DNA of 59,197 bases, filler included, from Catajapyx aquilonaris (lineage: Eukaryota): assembly GCA_000934665.2 (NCBI GenBank). It is 4 parts of 4 records of this genome, joined end to end, with 100 filler letters (N's around TTAATTAATTAA, not from the genome) between each part and the next. Parts side by side here need not be neighbours in the genome. Positions count along the whole stretch, not along the records: positions 14,826 to 29,562 come from JYFJ02007704.1; positions 29,663 to 44,377 come from JYFJ02007705.1; 2 more parts are not named here. One strand, 5' to 3'. The position numbers were made by a program, and so were the translations under genes. Below are positions 22,985 through 35,154 of this stretch, piece after piece. Under the pieces are notes generated by a model that ran no database searches, was not told the DNA's origin, and saw nothing but the letters and a program-made list of their open reading frames with translations. Within the stretch, counting starts at the first letter, position 1. Each line of letters starts with the position of its first letter.

Positions 22985-23818
22985 CTAGCTTTGCGAGACG
23001 GGGGGGCTCCGCCCCCCCACACCCCCCCCCCTTGGGGCTGCGCCCCAATTGGCGCGCCTTCGGCGCTACGCGTTCCCGCCCGGACCTACCCAGCACCGCT
23101 AGAGAGCTGGCAACAATAACCTGGAGTATGTCGTCAACGGAGTCAACAATGAAGCATGACAAATACCACACCCGCAACAATCAGCCAACCCACCACCCAG
23201 CCAATCAATCCAGCCAATCAACCACCAATCAACCAACAACAATGAGTGCGCCCGATTTGGTCGCCATCGGCGCGAATTGGTCCGGCGCAAGTGCAGCCGG
23301 CCGCCCCACACTTCCTCCGACACTCTCCGACGCGAACACAGCAAGTATTTTTACGCCAACATGGGTCGGAGCGAGGTGGCATCCGTTTACAGGACACCCG
23401 TGACGTCACTACTGAAGGTGTGGAGTATATTCTGAATGCGCCCTGGCTGACGTATCGTTAAAAGGCAACATGACGCAATAACAGATGACGTGGTGGCGGC
23501 GGTGGGGAGGGGAGGAGGATTCGAGGGGCCCCCCGTGGGAGGTAGTGGGTGGTGCTGGTGCAGGCGATGGTGGCCCTCGTCTGTTGGCCGCTCGGGGAAC
23601 CGGGGGAGTTTGCGGATACATTAATTTGGCGATCTCGAAAACGGCTGGGAATTTTGCGATGAGGAGGATTTTTGGAATCGGTATACCGGAGGCTAGAAAT
23701 CCAACGGTGGAAGTCCGAGATCTCTGCGACCCCGGGAAGTGCAAAATCTTTTTCCTCCTCCTCCTCCTCCTCCTCCTCCTCCTCCTCCTTGGATTGGGGC
23801 TTTATATAATATATTAGA
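22985..23818 (-). mobile_element. Complete non-autonomous Helitron (834 bp)
   Basis: Minus strand: A|TCTAATATATTATATAAAG 5' end, a GC hairpin GGGGGGC-GGA-GCCCCCC about 10 nt before CTAG|T, no TSD, and internal (GAG)n and TTGG-type repeats. Confidence 0.85.
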
Positions 23819-24136
23819 TTAAAATGTGATGACATTGTGTATTTAGACCTCAGTGCAATGTACTACGATAAAAAATTTCAATTGAATGAATGTGAAATGG
23901 CTTTTTAAATCCCTGCACTCAAAAATGCACAGATAATTCGACATTTGCAAGCCGTGATAAACATTTTTAAATTCTGTGGTGGATTTTTTGTAATTAATTT
24001 TAATGCTGTCTTCAGGTTTGTGTGGCCCCTCAGGTTCATTATTAAAATTAATGTCGTGCTACGTAACAAATTAATGTAGTGACAGCAATTATTACCAGAT
24101 CCCACAGAAATTCACTGTCCAAAGTGTAATAATATT

Positions 24137-26884
24137 GGGTCATTCCACGCCAGATTTTAATGTTCGACCGTGCTCTCACATCTCAGATTTTTTTCAAAAT
24201 TTTAACATGAGCAGCTATGTATGAGGTGACATCAAATTATTTTTTCCAAATTATTTGGTCCAAAATTGGGTTCAGGAGAAAATTTTGAAAATGTCGATTT
24301 TGTCGCGATTCAAGTGGTCGGAGTGTCTGCGTCAGTTTAAAAAAATCCTCGTAATTTACTTATTTTTCACCGATTGGGCTGATTTTGGTGTCAAATTTAA
24401 AAAAAATCTTCTCTCTTTACAAATAAGGTATAAAAGTGGTGCCAAGTGCTGCAGATAATAATTACTCCTGCGTATGCAAAGTGAGTTTTAGTAACGTTAT
24501 ACGTCAGTCGCTTCGACAAGCCACAGATCGCAAACCATAACTAACACAAATATGGATTTTTTTGTAGAATGAAGATAACCATGTACTTGTTATATTTAAA
24601 AAATAGGGAGGGTGTTTTTGTGGTTATCAAATGAAAAATTAATTTGTTTGTAAAAATTATACTTCAAAATCAACCTTTCCATACCTAAGTTAAAGGTCTC
24701 TTTGAACCTGAAATAGCTCACATTTGTCAAAATAGTTAAAATATTATTGTACCCTCTAATGTTACAATGCCATCTGACGTTATATTTGAAACATATTTCC
24801 CTGTTAACTTACCTGTGCAGTGAATGGTCACATCCAACTTGTTGCCAATTCCTGCATGTGTTTGTGAACCTTTTCATCTATGACATATGTCCTTCCTCAT
24901 ACAGATGATGATGATGAAGGAACTGGAACTTCTCTGAGTAAATTGACATAGGGTACCCAACAGCAGTTATTTTTAGTTGGCCAAAAGTATGTTGCTGAAG
25001 GACCCAGCGGATGCATGAACTGAACTTTAGCATCCCTTTCCTTTGCGCAGTTGTCCAGTATCTTCCCAATCCACAACTTACTGTCATAGATAACTGCATA
25101 AAACTTTCCTGGAATAATATTGACCAACTCTTTTGTTTCACCACAAACAGTAGCCTTGAAAGATTTGTCAGAAACTGAAATCCGTTTCATCACCAAATGG
25201 GTTCTCTTGTCCAATGGTTTGAAGAAGTGGTTCTCTCTGGTGCCTAACTACTGATAAGGCCTTATCAAACCGTCTCTTCAGGAAGACTTCATTTGCATCC
25301 ACTTCCGCTGCTGGTGTGAAAAACACCTGAATTACTTTTCCTGTTTTCCTGTTTTTAGAGGCAAATTCAAACAGATCTTTCGCACTAAAAATTTGTCCCT
25401 CCGTGGTTCTCTGAAGGCTTGCCCTCGTATAGCAAGGCGCTTAATTGTTCCCCCTACTCTATCACAGGCATTTTTGCCACTTAGCCTTCATACCATGGTC
25501 GTCTTCATGGTGACACAAGTTAACAAAGTTCTTATAGTTTTTGTACTGGCTGCACTTCTGTCACTAAAATACACTACACATTTCAAATGTGAATGTCTTG
25601 CTAAAAGTATTGTAAAAGGATTTCTGGAATGTGAAATAAATTGTTGTGTCATGTTTAAGGCAGTCACTGATAAAGCATATGGATTTTGACATTAGTTTAC
25701 AGTCATGCTTGTAGGATGCAAACGAAGACTTCCTGAAGAGACGATTTGATAATGCCTTATCAATAGTTAGGCACCAGAGAGAACCACTTCTTCAAACCAT
25801 TGGACGAAAGAACCCATTTGGTGAAACGGATTTCAGTTTCTGACAAATCTTTGAAGGATACTGTTTGTGGTGAAACAAAAGAGTTGGTCAATATTATTCC
25901 AGGAAAGTTTTATGCAGTTATCTATGACAGTAAGTGGTGGATTGGGAAGATACTGGACAACTGCGCAAAGGAAAGGGATGCTAAAGTTCAGTTCATGCAT
26001 CCGCCGGGTCCTTCAGCAACATACTTTTGGCCAACTAAAAATTACTGCTGTTGGGTACCCTATGTCAATTTACTCAGAGAAGTTCCAATTCCTTCATCAT
26101 CATCATCTGTATCAGGAAGGACACATGTCATAGATGAAAAGGTTCACAAACACATGCAGGAATTGGCAACAAGTTGGATGTGACCCTTCACTGCAAAGGT
26201 AAGTTAACAGTGAAATATGTTTCAAATATAACATCAGATGGTACTGTAACATTAGAGGGTACAATACATTAATACACATTTTAACTATTCTGACAAAATA
26301 ATGTGTGAGCTATTTCAGGTTCAAAGAGACCTTTAACTTAGGTATGGAAAGGTTGATTTTGAAGTATAATTTTTACAAACAAATTAATTTTTTATTTAAT
26401 AACCACAAAAAAACACCCTCCCTATGTTTTAAATATAACAAGCACATGGTTATCTCATTTTACAAAAAAAATCCATACTGGTGTTAGTTATATTATGGTT
26501 TGCAATCTGTGGCTTGTCTAAGCGACTGACGTATAACGTTACTAAAACTTACTTTACATACACAAGAGTAATTATCTGAAGCACTTGGCACCACTTTTAT
26601 ATCTTATTTGTAAAGAGAGAAGAAAAAGCTTTAATTTGACACCAAAATCAGCTCAATCGGTGAAAAGATAAGTAAATTACGAGGATTTTTCTAAACTGAC
26701 GCAGAAACCACTTGAATCGCGACAAAATCGACTTCAAAAATTTCTCCTGAACCCAATTTTGGACCAAAGATTTTGGAAAAAATAATTAGGTGTCACCTCA
26801 TACATAGCTGCTCATGTTAAAATTTTGAAAAAAATCTGAGATGTGAGAGCACATGGCATCAGGTAATCTGGCGTGGAATGACCC
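24137..26884. mobile_element. Sola2-like defective transposon with ~1.1-kb inverted arms containing the transposase 3' end
   Basis: GGGTCATTCCACGCCAGATT termini and a 4-bp TSD TATT. The C-terminal ORF FYAVIYD..W.IG..VQFMHP.GP..YFWP...CCWVP is on both arms (24897-25214 minus, 25800-26183 plus). The decayed core VVYFSD..GKNACDRVGGTIKRLA is on the minus strand of the spacer. Confidence 0.85.
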
Positions 26885-27713
26885 TATTTGTTTCAGTTGT
26901 TAACTGTCAAATTAACTCTAACTTCGGTGTCATTCTAGCTCCATTGTTACTCTTCATCATTATCAATTCTAAAGTCCAGGTAATCTTCACTGGGATTTTT
27001 TTGTCACATTTTGTTTACTACCTCACCCCTCCACTTTTTGGGCGCGCGCGTAAACTATGGGATTTGGGTAAGGTACAGTACATGATTGAAGTTATTATCC
27101 CCCCCCCCATCCCTCCATTTTTTCCGTCATTACTTCCGTCATCATCTAGCAACGTCAATTCCTCGGCTATAACATACTTTTGGTTATAACGACCAGTCCC
27201 GGAATGCTTCCATAAGGCCCTGTGTATTTTACGGCTGCTGATATAACACTCATTTTCACCTCACCTCGGGTATAACAGACCATTTCTTGACCCCTCTGTG
27301 GAAAAATATAGTTTCCCAGGTATAAAATTAGCATAAAGGAGACGGCAGAAGAATATTTCGGATATTTTGGTCCTGCGTAATTTTTGTGTGAGCTACAGTA
27401 TATTGCATTTTTGACAGATCTCATTAATCGGTATGTACTCGCAGTATGTTACAGTATGCGGGATATCTACCTTGAGAAACGTGCCAGACGAATTAGCTGA
27501 AATCGTCGCATTTCGCGAACTTGGAACATGACCGCCAACAACGCTCGAATTGTAGGAGCTTTCTACCACACATCTACCATCTATAGGAGGAGCCTGTGCA
27601 ATGAAAGTCACGTTTACTTTTTCTGAAGATGTGATGATTTCAACCATGTGATATTAAAGCTGTATTGATGGAGAGCCTTATTTTTGAGGCATTTGCTGCA
27701 TGATTTTGAGATA

Positions 27714-28136
27714 CAGTGGAGCCTCGATTATCCGAACCCCGATCAACAGATGAAAGCGTTCGAATAGGCAAATTCAAAATCTCGCGCGAGATTTAGCGGC
27801 AAAAAACCGAGTCTCAGATCTAAAGCAAAAGAAAATACATGTAGGCATATTGGACTTCTTTTCCTAAACTGTAGGCCTACTTTAATGTATATAATTATGT
27901 AGTGTACTGTATACTACTTTATGTAAGGCATATGAATTCCTAAGTCGTGGCTGTGATACAAAATACATACAGTTTTGTGTTTAATATCACAGTTTCTTTG
28001 CTTTATATTGCCCCTATGACACCGGTACATTTTTTTCCGGTTAAATAATAGGTTTAATATCCGAAAATTCATTTCGCCGAACACCCCCAGTCTCCCATTG
28101 TTTCGGGCACGGTTTCGGGTAATCCAGGCTCTACTG
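27714..28136. mobile_element. pogo/Tigger-type MITE
   Basis: TA|CAGT(G/A)GAGCCT(C/G)GATTA(T/C)CCGAA...CTACTG|TA. Confidence 0.8.
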
Positions 28137-28175
28137 TATATCACTCAATGATTCTTTACCCACCATTTCTCTTAA

Positions 28176-28960
28176 GGTGGAAATGAAGCTAGAGTCACTC
28201 AATGAGAATTTTATGAAAAAAACATATGTTACGCAGTTTTGTGTCCTCTTATCAATGGTGCAAAGAAAAATACACGTCACCATGCAAATTAGCGAACTAG
28301 AGGGCTCAGAAGTTCGCGATTTAACATGGGCCCTTATGGCAGAATTTTCAATAGTCCACAAAAAAATGATAAGTAAATGAGAATTTTAAAATTTAATGTG
28401 TAATATGTCGGGAATTATATACTGATCGTAACCGCAAAAAGAAAAACCTGCCTCACCGTGCTCTTTCAATTTGTATTGCTGAAAAACGATCCGAAAATGA
28501 CCCAGTGACGTCACATTGCTCCACTCGAGTGAGGACGTGGCAACACAGCGTTGTTTACGGTAGCGACCGCGAAATATGAGTACAAGTATGATGGTTTTTA
28601 CGATTGCTCACACAGGATTTTCGTTTGGCGGGGGTGTTTGTCAGACGTCAGAACCGCTTTATTAGTTTATATAGTTACAATTATAATATAATAATCGAAT
28701 GCTTCGAATCCACCCGGCAATGACGTCACATACTGCTACGCTATAATTGGCCTGGACCTTTGCTGCGTTGCCGCTTGTATCTGTCACACGCGTACCAACT
28801 GAACGTGTTCCAAATCCGACACAAATGAAGAGCTACAGGCTCCTCTTTCGGAACTAAACTTTTAAAAATGCTATGACAAATAATTGAGACCTCGCAATTG
28901 CGACCGAATAAAATCGATTTCCATCAAAAATAACAAATATTAAGCACACCTCCAAATACC
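28176..28960. mobile_element. Possible Kolobok-like element end
   Basis: TTAA|GGTGGAAATG start and internal TGACGTCACA motifs (~28506, ~28721). No matching second terminus found. Confidence 0.25.
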
Positions 28961-29481
28961 CTTAGACCATATATACCAGTAGACGCTCCCCTCCCGTTTA
29001 CGAGCAAGCCCAGAAGTGAAGCCCCCCACTCTGAGGGGGGATCACGTGACTTAGGGCAAAAGGGTGGCGGGAAGGCGAAATTAACATGGCGCCTTATGGG
29101 GATTACGACTATCTTTGCGCCGTCACTGTCAGGCGCCCATTGGGACTAAAAATATGCAATGCACACCAAATGATAGCTCCACTCATGCCCCGTCTCTTGC
29201 CGTGCATCTCCATCCGAGAGGTTGAGCGGGGAAGGACATAGAAAATCCTACACTTTGTCATTGTTTCTTGCCGTAAGAGCAGTTTGTGTCACTACATCAC
29301 TCAAACAACCACATTAAAATGATCCAAATTTTAATATGTTGTACAGACAATCTTCCTCTGCATATTTCACCAACTTGGGGACGATTATTGAGGTTGATTT
29401 AATTATTTGAAAATAAAAAAGTGATATCGGAACTTAGGGCAGCTTCAGTTAGGTACTGATTGATCAAAGTCTGTGCAAAAC

Positions 29482-29484
<3 letters not shown>

Positions 29485-29562
<78 letters not shown>
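29485..29562. repeat. (TAA)n switching to (TTA)n microsatellite at the contig end
   Basis: Read directly from the sequence. Confidence 0.9.
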
Positions 29563-29662
29563 NNNNNNNNNNNNNNNNNNNNNNNNNNNNNNNNNNNNNN
29601 NNNNNNTTAATTAATTAANNNNNNNNNNNNNNNNNNNNNNNNNNNNNNNNNNNNNNNNNNNN
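29563..29662. other. Artificial contig linker
   Basis: 44 N + TTAATTAATTAA + 44 N. Confidence 0.97.
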
Positions 29663-31463
29663 CAGAAGAATCATTTTGTCTTTTAGAATGCCATCGGGTG
29701 AACAGCACAACCAATTTTGCCCATCACACACCACTGTCCCCACAACATGAACTCCTCCATACTTCTGCTCGTACAGCTCCCGTGCGACACCTTCCATCTT
29801 CAGTCCATAGTTCACGGCTGCCACTCTGACCTCTTTTGCAAAAATGAAATGATGTACAAGCTTCTCCCTGTGAGTGGTTCCCGGCCTCTTCATTGCAGAA
29901 CTGATTTGGTGTGCTTTTGTGGCACTGATTCTTACTTTTCTCTCCATGTGCCACAAAAGGCTGTACGACTGCATGTGTGTTTTCAGGCAGATCTCAACTT
30001 GTCTATTTCGGGGTGCATTCACACGGTCACTAAAGAACTGCCTCTCCTCCTCCGTGGCTGGTTTAATACCACGGCATATTTTCAACTTTAAGCCTGATAC
30101 TGAAGTTTCTGCCACTTCTGCCGCATTGTATTTGGGAAGCACCGTTGTTGCTTGACAAATCTTGTCCACAAGTTGGTTCACTGCAGTGTCATGTTCAGTA
30201 TTCACCACAGTGTCAATCACGTCCATCAGGATATTTTGCACGTCTCTCATCACTTGCGTCTTCACCTCTGCAGCCAACATGATGCCTAGCAATGATTGTT
30301 CAGGCAGCTGCGCTGATGTCAGGTTCCTTGGTGGAGATGGCAACCTGCATGCGATGAGGTTTGGAGCTGGTGCTAAAGCCCTCATTTTCTGTCCACCAGA
30401 ATATTGTGCCAGTTGTGATGCCCTTGGCTTGCCCCAAGCCTGCAGCATTGTCGTGCATGCCGCAGCTGCTCCTGAGTTGACATGCAGAATGACTGCCGCA
30501 ACATGTTTGCAAATGCCCGACTTTCCTGCCCGGCATGTACAGTGGGCNGCTGCCGTCACACTTCGGGATTGGCTCACCTTTGGTAACAAATGTCAATATT
30601 AAAAGACAGTTGCAAACATGACAATTACATCATCAATGACTGGGATCCCATCAGTAAATTTATTACTACTGCTGTCAATTACCAAAGTTCAGCTATAGTT
30701 GGTGTGGTGCATATCAAAATTTTACACATGAAAATGTCAAATTATTCCTGATTGATTTCATAAATGTAAGCAAGATTTTTAGTCTGTCATTTATATCAGG
30801 AATTAATATTCTTTTAACATGGTGAATCAGAATTTTTTTGAAAATGAAAACTGGCTTCAGAGTCATTGCGTTGAGTCTTCATAAGCTCAAAATGATGTGA
30901 CATGAGAAATTGCTATATTATTGATGTTTAAGATTGGACTTGACCAGTTACATCCATAACATTATTGCAATATTATGTACGGTGCAGAGTATACATGGTG
31001 TGCCAAAGGTCTGGACCCATACTACTATACATCAATAAAGTTACTCAATCACTACAAGTTATACCATGATACTATGCTTACATAATTATAATATACTAAT
31101 CAGATACACTACTAGAACACTACCGGTATGTTAATGAGAACCTCCTATGTAATGTCGAGATTTATGGACCACTCTGTAGTATCATGGTATAAACTTACAT
31201 ATAATTATGCAATTCTTGCCCATATATATATGCACATAGATAACGATAATTACCTGAATTTTAATATTGTATGGTCCCTTGTTGACCTTGTACTGGGGGA
31301 AGACATTGCCAGTCACAGAAGAAATTCCGCTTGCAATTTCGCGTACTTCTTTAACCCCTTGCACATGGCCACTCTCCAAAAGATCTCCTCCTTTCGTAAG
31401 AGTGGTTTTCCGGAGGTCAGGAGGCACAGTCACATTCAAGAAATCGCACTCCTGGGCCAACAT
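29663..31463 (-). CDS. SWIM zinc finger + YqaJ/lambda-exonuclease-like protein, 3'-truncated by the contig end; exons 31463-31254 and 30577-29663
   Basis: Exon 1 KGGDLLESGHV..VFPQ..PYNIKIQ|GT splices in phase 0 to HCTCRAGKSGICKHVAAV (SWIM), CT..QAW.KP, TxxQS...W..ERKVRISATK, YGLKME..AR..Y and WLCCSPDG (YqaJ motifs). Confidence 0.82.
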
Positions 31464-32520
31464 TTCGTTACTTTTCCACGGCTTGAGCTTATGGACAGAG
31501 AGCGGCCTTGTGAGGCCTAGCACCCTACAGCTTAAGAATGTGGCCGCCAATGGCGCCACCTCCGATATTCTGGGTGTCAATAGTCGGGAAGGATATGCAC
31601 CGCCCGCCGGCCACATGGTTCACATTGCGCACCTAGGGCCCTACGCCGATGATTGCCACCCTACCCCCCAACCTGACAGAGAAACCCCCACCCCCACCCT
31701 TGCCCGCACCTACACACACACCCCACATGCAACCCGCGCGAGAAGCCTGTTCCGGGGTTGGCTGTTAGAGCCCATTGCGTCACGGATACCAGGCTTTGCA
31801 AGTGATATCTGGGGGTTGCGGGGGGGGTTGGTCCGGCCGATTAAAGAGCCGATAAGCTAGTTCACCACGATGGACTTCTCCTTTAGATATAAGGCTCCTT
31901 TACAGGCGTCACGTGACTTGCAGGACCATACATGTGGGAGACACCGCGATTCCGGCCTTAATGATATGACACTGTTGCCAACTTTGACTTTTGACCGTGT
32001 TTTTCGCTATGTCTTCCACTGTGGACTGAGTGTTATCCTGACTGTTCAGGACTACACTCGTGTCTCCCTTGCTTGAAGGGCTGCGTTGCACTCAGGATGA
32101 CTCCTTTCTTTTGCTGGGTGGTACCGGTACTATACTTACGTGGGCGTAGATGGTAGATCCGTGGATTGGTGATCAGCAGCATGTTAGTTCTATGTGTTAG
32201 TCATTGAAAGAGAAGCGATAACCTTTCTGTAATTACAACTTTAAAATTATAATAATACAATTTCATAATTATTAGGACTGCTATTGCACGATGATTGAAG
32301 AGACTGATGCTATTAGATGCTTTATTGCAGCTTTACTGCAAGCATCCATCAGGCCATTAAAAAATGCGCACTCGTTACAATATTGTAATTTTTAGACAAA
32401 AGGCAATATGCGTGTTTTAATGTTTTAACTAATAATGACGATGACCTTCAAAACTTCAGTTTCCTCGACAACTTAGCTCTCACATAAACTTCGTGTCAAA
32501 ACACGGGTTCTCTAGTGTAA

Positions 32521-32641
32521 GGGTGGAATTTTAGTCCCACTGATGGTTATTGCTAACTTAGCATTGCCATGGCCAACACTCTGGAACTGCCGGGGAACTG
32601 CTAAGTTAGCAGTAACTAGCAGTGAGACGAGAATTCCACCC
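32521..32641. mobile_element. Harbinger-like hairpin MITE
   Basis: TAA|GGGTGGAATT...AATTCCACCC with internal inverted TGCTAACTTAGCA. Confidence 0.6.
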
Positions 32642-32934
32642 CATGTCTCTAGTGGCCAACATTCTTTTACTCTTGATAAGATGAGCTTCAATCACAGGAA
32701 GTCTCCTTGTGGGGTTTTGGACTCGAATGCTACAGAGTCGGGGTAAGAGGAAGTGGGAGAACTGCACGAGGACGAGGAGGGGGGGACGAGGAAGAGAGGG
32801 GTTATATAATTACAGCAGATAAGTTTTGCGATACGTGGCAATATGTGGATCAATACTCAGTACTGTAAATGACATTTTAAACATTTCTTTCACTTTTTCA
32901 CATTTTTGAAATTTTAACATCCAACTACAGTAGC

Positions 32935-34025
32935 CTACTTTGATTCCGCATATAAATTATCGGAATCTGGCAGGCTCAGAATCTGTACAAACATATCTGA
33001 AAGGTTCTTGAACACATCCGAATCGACACATTCTTTCCATGACTGGGACTCCTTAACCTCCTTCACGTTGGACCTTACAAACTTCAAACACATGTCCTTC
33101 AGTGTTGGTGAGTTATGCAATATGGCACACTTCAAAAGGTGCAGTGCATTATCAACAGTCACAGATTTGACGAGATGAAGTTCGCACAAGGACTTCAGCT
33201 TCAGAACCTGATACTTGTCAGCGGCTGCAAACAGTTCCACAGCTAATCCTGCAGTCATGCTTGCTGGAATTTGGTCAGAGTACATGAAGTCTATTAGGCC
33301 TTGCACCACTTCAGGCTTCAAGTCCTTGATGAAAACCTTTCCTGTCCTTTTTTCCTGGGTGTCATGCTCGAACATGGCTGCAAACACTGCAGGCATCGGG
33401 CACAAAGAACAAACTTTGTGCACTGGAAACTGTGACTCGTTAACCACCAATGTCACATCCTTACTCAAAGTTGAATTCCGTGCATTCTGCACATCTTCAG
33501 CTAATTCACGGCCACAAACCTCAGTACGGGTATTCGTCACTTTCACAGTCTCCATTGTGCTCTTCAAATGGACCTCTCCCTCGCAAATCAAGGTAAGGGT
33601 ACCATTCGGCAGGAGGTCGGATGCCCTCTCTTGCAGCTTTTGGATGGGAATGAATTTAGGATAACGATAACCCCACCCAATGTTGCACATGAACCCGCCG
33701 TGCACCCGAACATTTGGGCCTACAGCATATAGTCATTGTTGGTGGCACTCTTGATGGTGAATGTTTTTGATACTGTGACTGCATCAAAAAAATCTTTACG
33801 ACTACGACGAAGGTATGTGAGGAAAATTGATAGATGACCACTAGATTCATGATTCATGCCTTTGGAATAAAGTGTCATCCTCCATTTTTTTGGTTCAGGT
33901 CCGCCAGTTGTAAATGTATCGGATCTAATTTTGTTCTCTCCTAACATGTGATATTTCTTAATAACCCATTTGAACGAAAATGGTCGAGTTTGTTGAGCCA
34001 AGATACACTGGTACACATCAGACAT
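32935..34025 (-). pseudogene. SPOP/roadkill-like MATH-BTB gene, copy 1, frameshifted near 33729
   Basis: MATH: FSFKWVIK, RSDTF, WRMTLY.KG, GWGY..FI, LLPNGTLTLICE. BTB: VFAAMFEHD, LIDFMYSD, AADKYQVLKLKSLCE. An extra AT (TATAT vs TAT in copy 2) breaks the frame. Confidence 0.8.
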
Positions 34026-34699
34026 TTCACTGTTGATCACCTGCAGGATAAAAGAAGGATCGTACGCAATTTATAAGGTACAGTCAATAAAAAACGAGCA
34101 GGATTTATAAAATGTGTTTATTTACACCTGGCTGGCCACTGGTCATTCCTTTACCTCCTCACATCATCCCTTCACATCCCTTTATGTTTACGGAAATAAA
34201 CTGTACTGAACTGCAAGTCTGCAACCCACATCTTTGTGTAGGCCTACCTAATTTCGACTTCATCACATATTGTGGTCAGTGCATGAAACAGATGGCATTG
34301 TTTGCTGCAATCGACTCATCACAAAGACTGTTACCTGTATTTTTTTTTAATGCTTCAAAATAATTTTACACTATCGCAGAATAAAACCGAACCAGTTCCA
34401 GAACAGGTCCACAATATCGGCCATAAGTAGGTGCGGAAATGTCAATAATTAATTTTATTGCGATCAATATTTTTGCGATAAGAAAAGTAACCCACGAACT
34501 TGGAACACCCTGTCTGTTGTGGTGCACATATATGTCATGATATTTTTGATGCTAATTATCTCGGTAACTATGCGTCGGATACCCATGGTGCCTACATTCA
34601 AAGTGATCGTCTAGAACCCCTCTATCATTTCCCAAAGTGACCGGTTAAATCCGAACCCTGTATACGTAGGCTAATATGAGCAATGACAATACAGTACAT

Positions 34700-34867
34700 A
34701 GGCCAACTGTATAAAACGTAAATGCACATTTATTTTAAGCGCGCACTACAGTTATTATTAAATTATGCAAGACATTTTTCACATGAATAACTTCCCCAAT
34801 GAACAAAATAATTCCACAGGACCAGCAAATTATTGTTAGAAAACACAATCATCATTCCCCTCAACTG
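34700..34867 (-). pseudogene. 3' remnant of an IR paralogous to 41301-43241
   Basis: Aligns to 41257-41426 (QLRGMM...WSCGI.LFIGEVIHVK), then joins directly to sequence homologous to 43826 onward. Confidence 0.8.
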
Positions 34868-35154
34868 CTTCAGTATGGACATTCCAACAAAAAAGAAAAT
34901 GGACAGATTAGACAATAAAGACGATGTGTTGGCAGCCTGAGTTTGTTTGTGTCGTTGCCATGTGTTCAACAAATGTCATAATAGAGCTGTTCTGGAAAAT
35001 AGTCGTGACAGAGAATTCATGTCCCTGTAATTACGATCGAATAATCCAAATATTCTCGTTTATTCTGGCTGCAGCGTATTTCAGTTAAGGTAAAAATAAT
35101 TATTATTTTAAAGTAAATTGTGGATATTATTTATTAATTTGCTGGTTTTTAGAG

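Noticed and set aside
28176..31463. Kolobok-like end plus SWIM-YqaJ gene forming one autonomous element
   Set aside because: They are separated by a contig linker, so the adjacency is not evidence.
31267..31860. 197-aa plus-strand ORF
   Set aside because: Antisense shadow of the SWIM-YqaJ first exon and its GC-rich upstream region.
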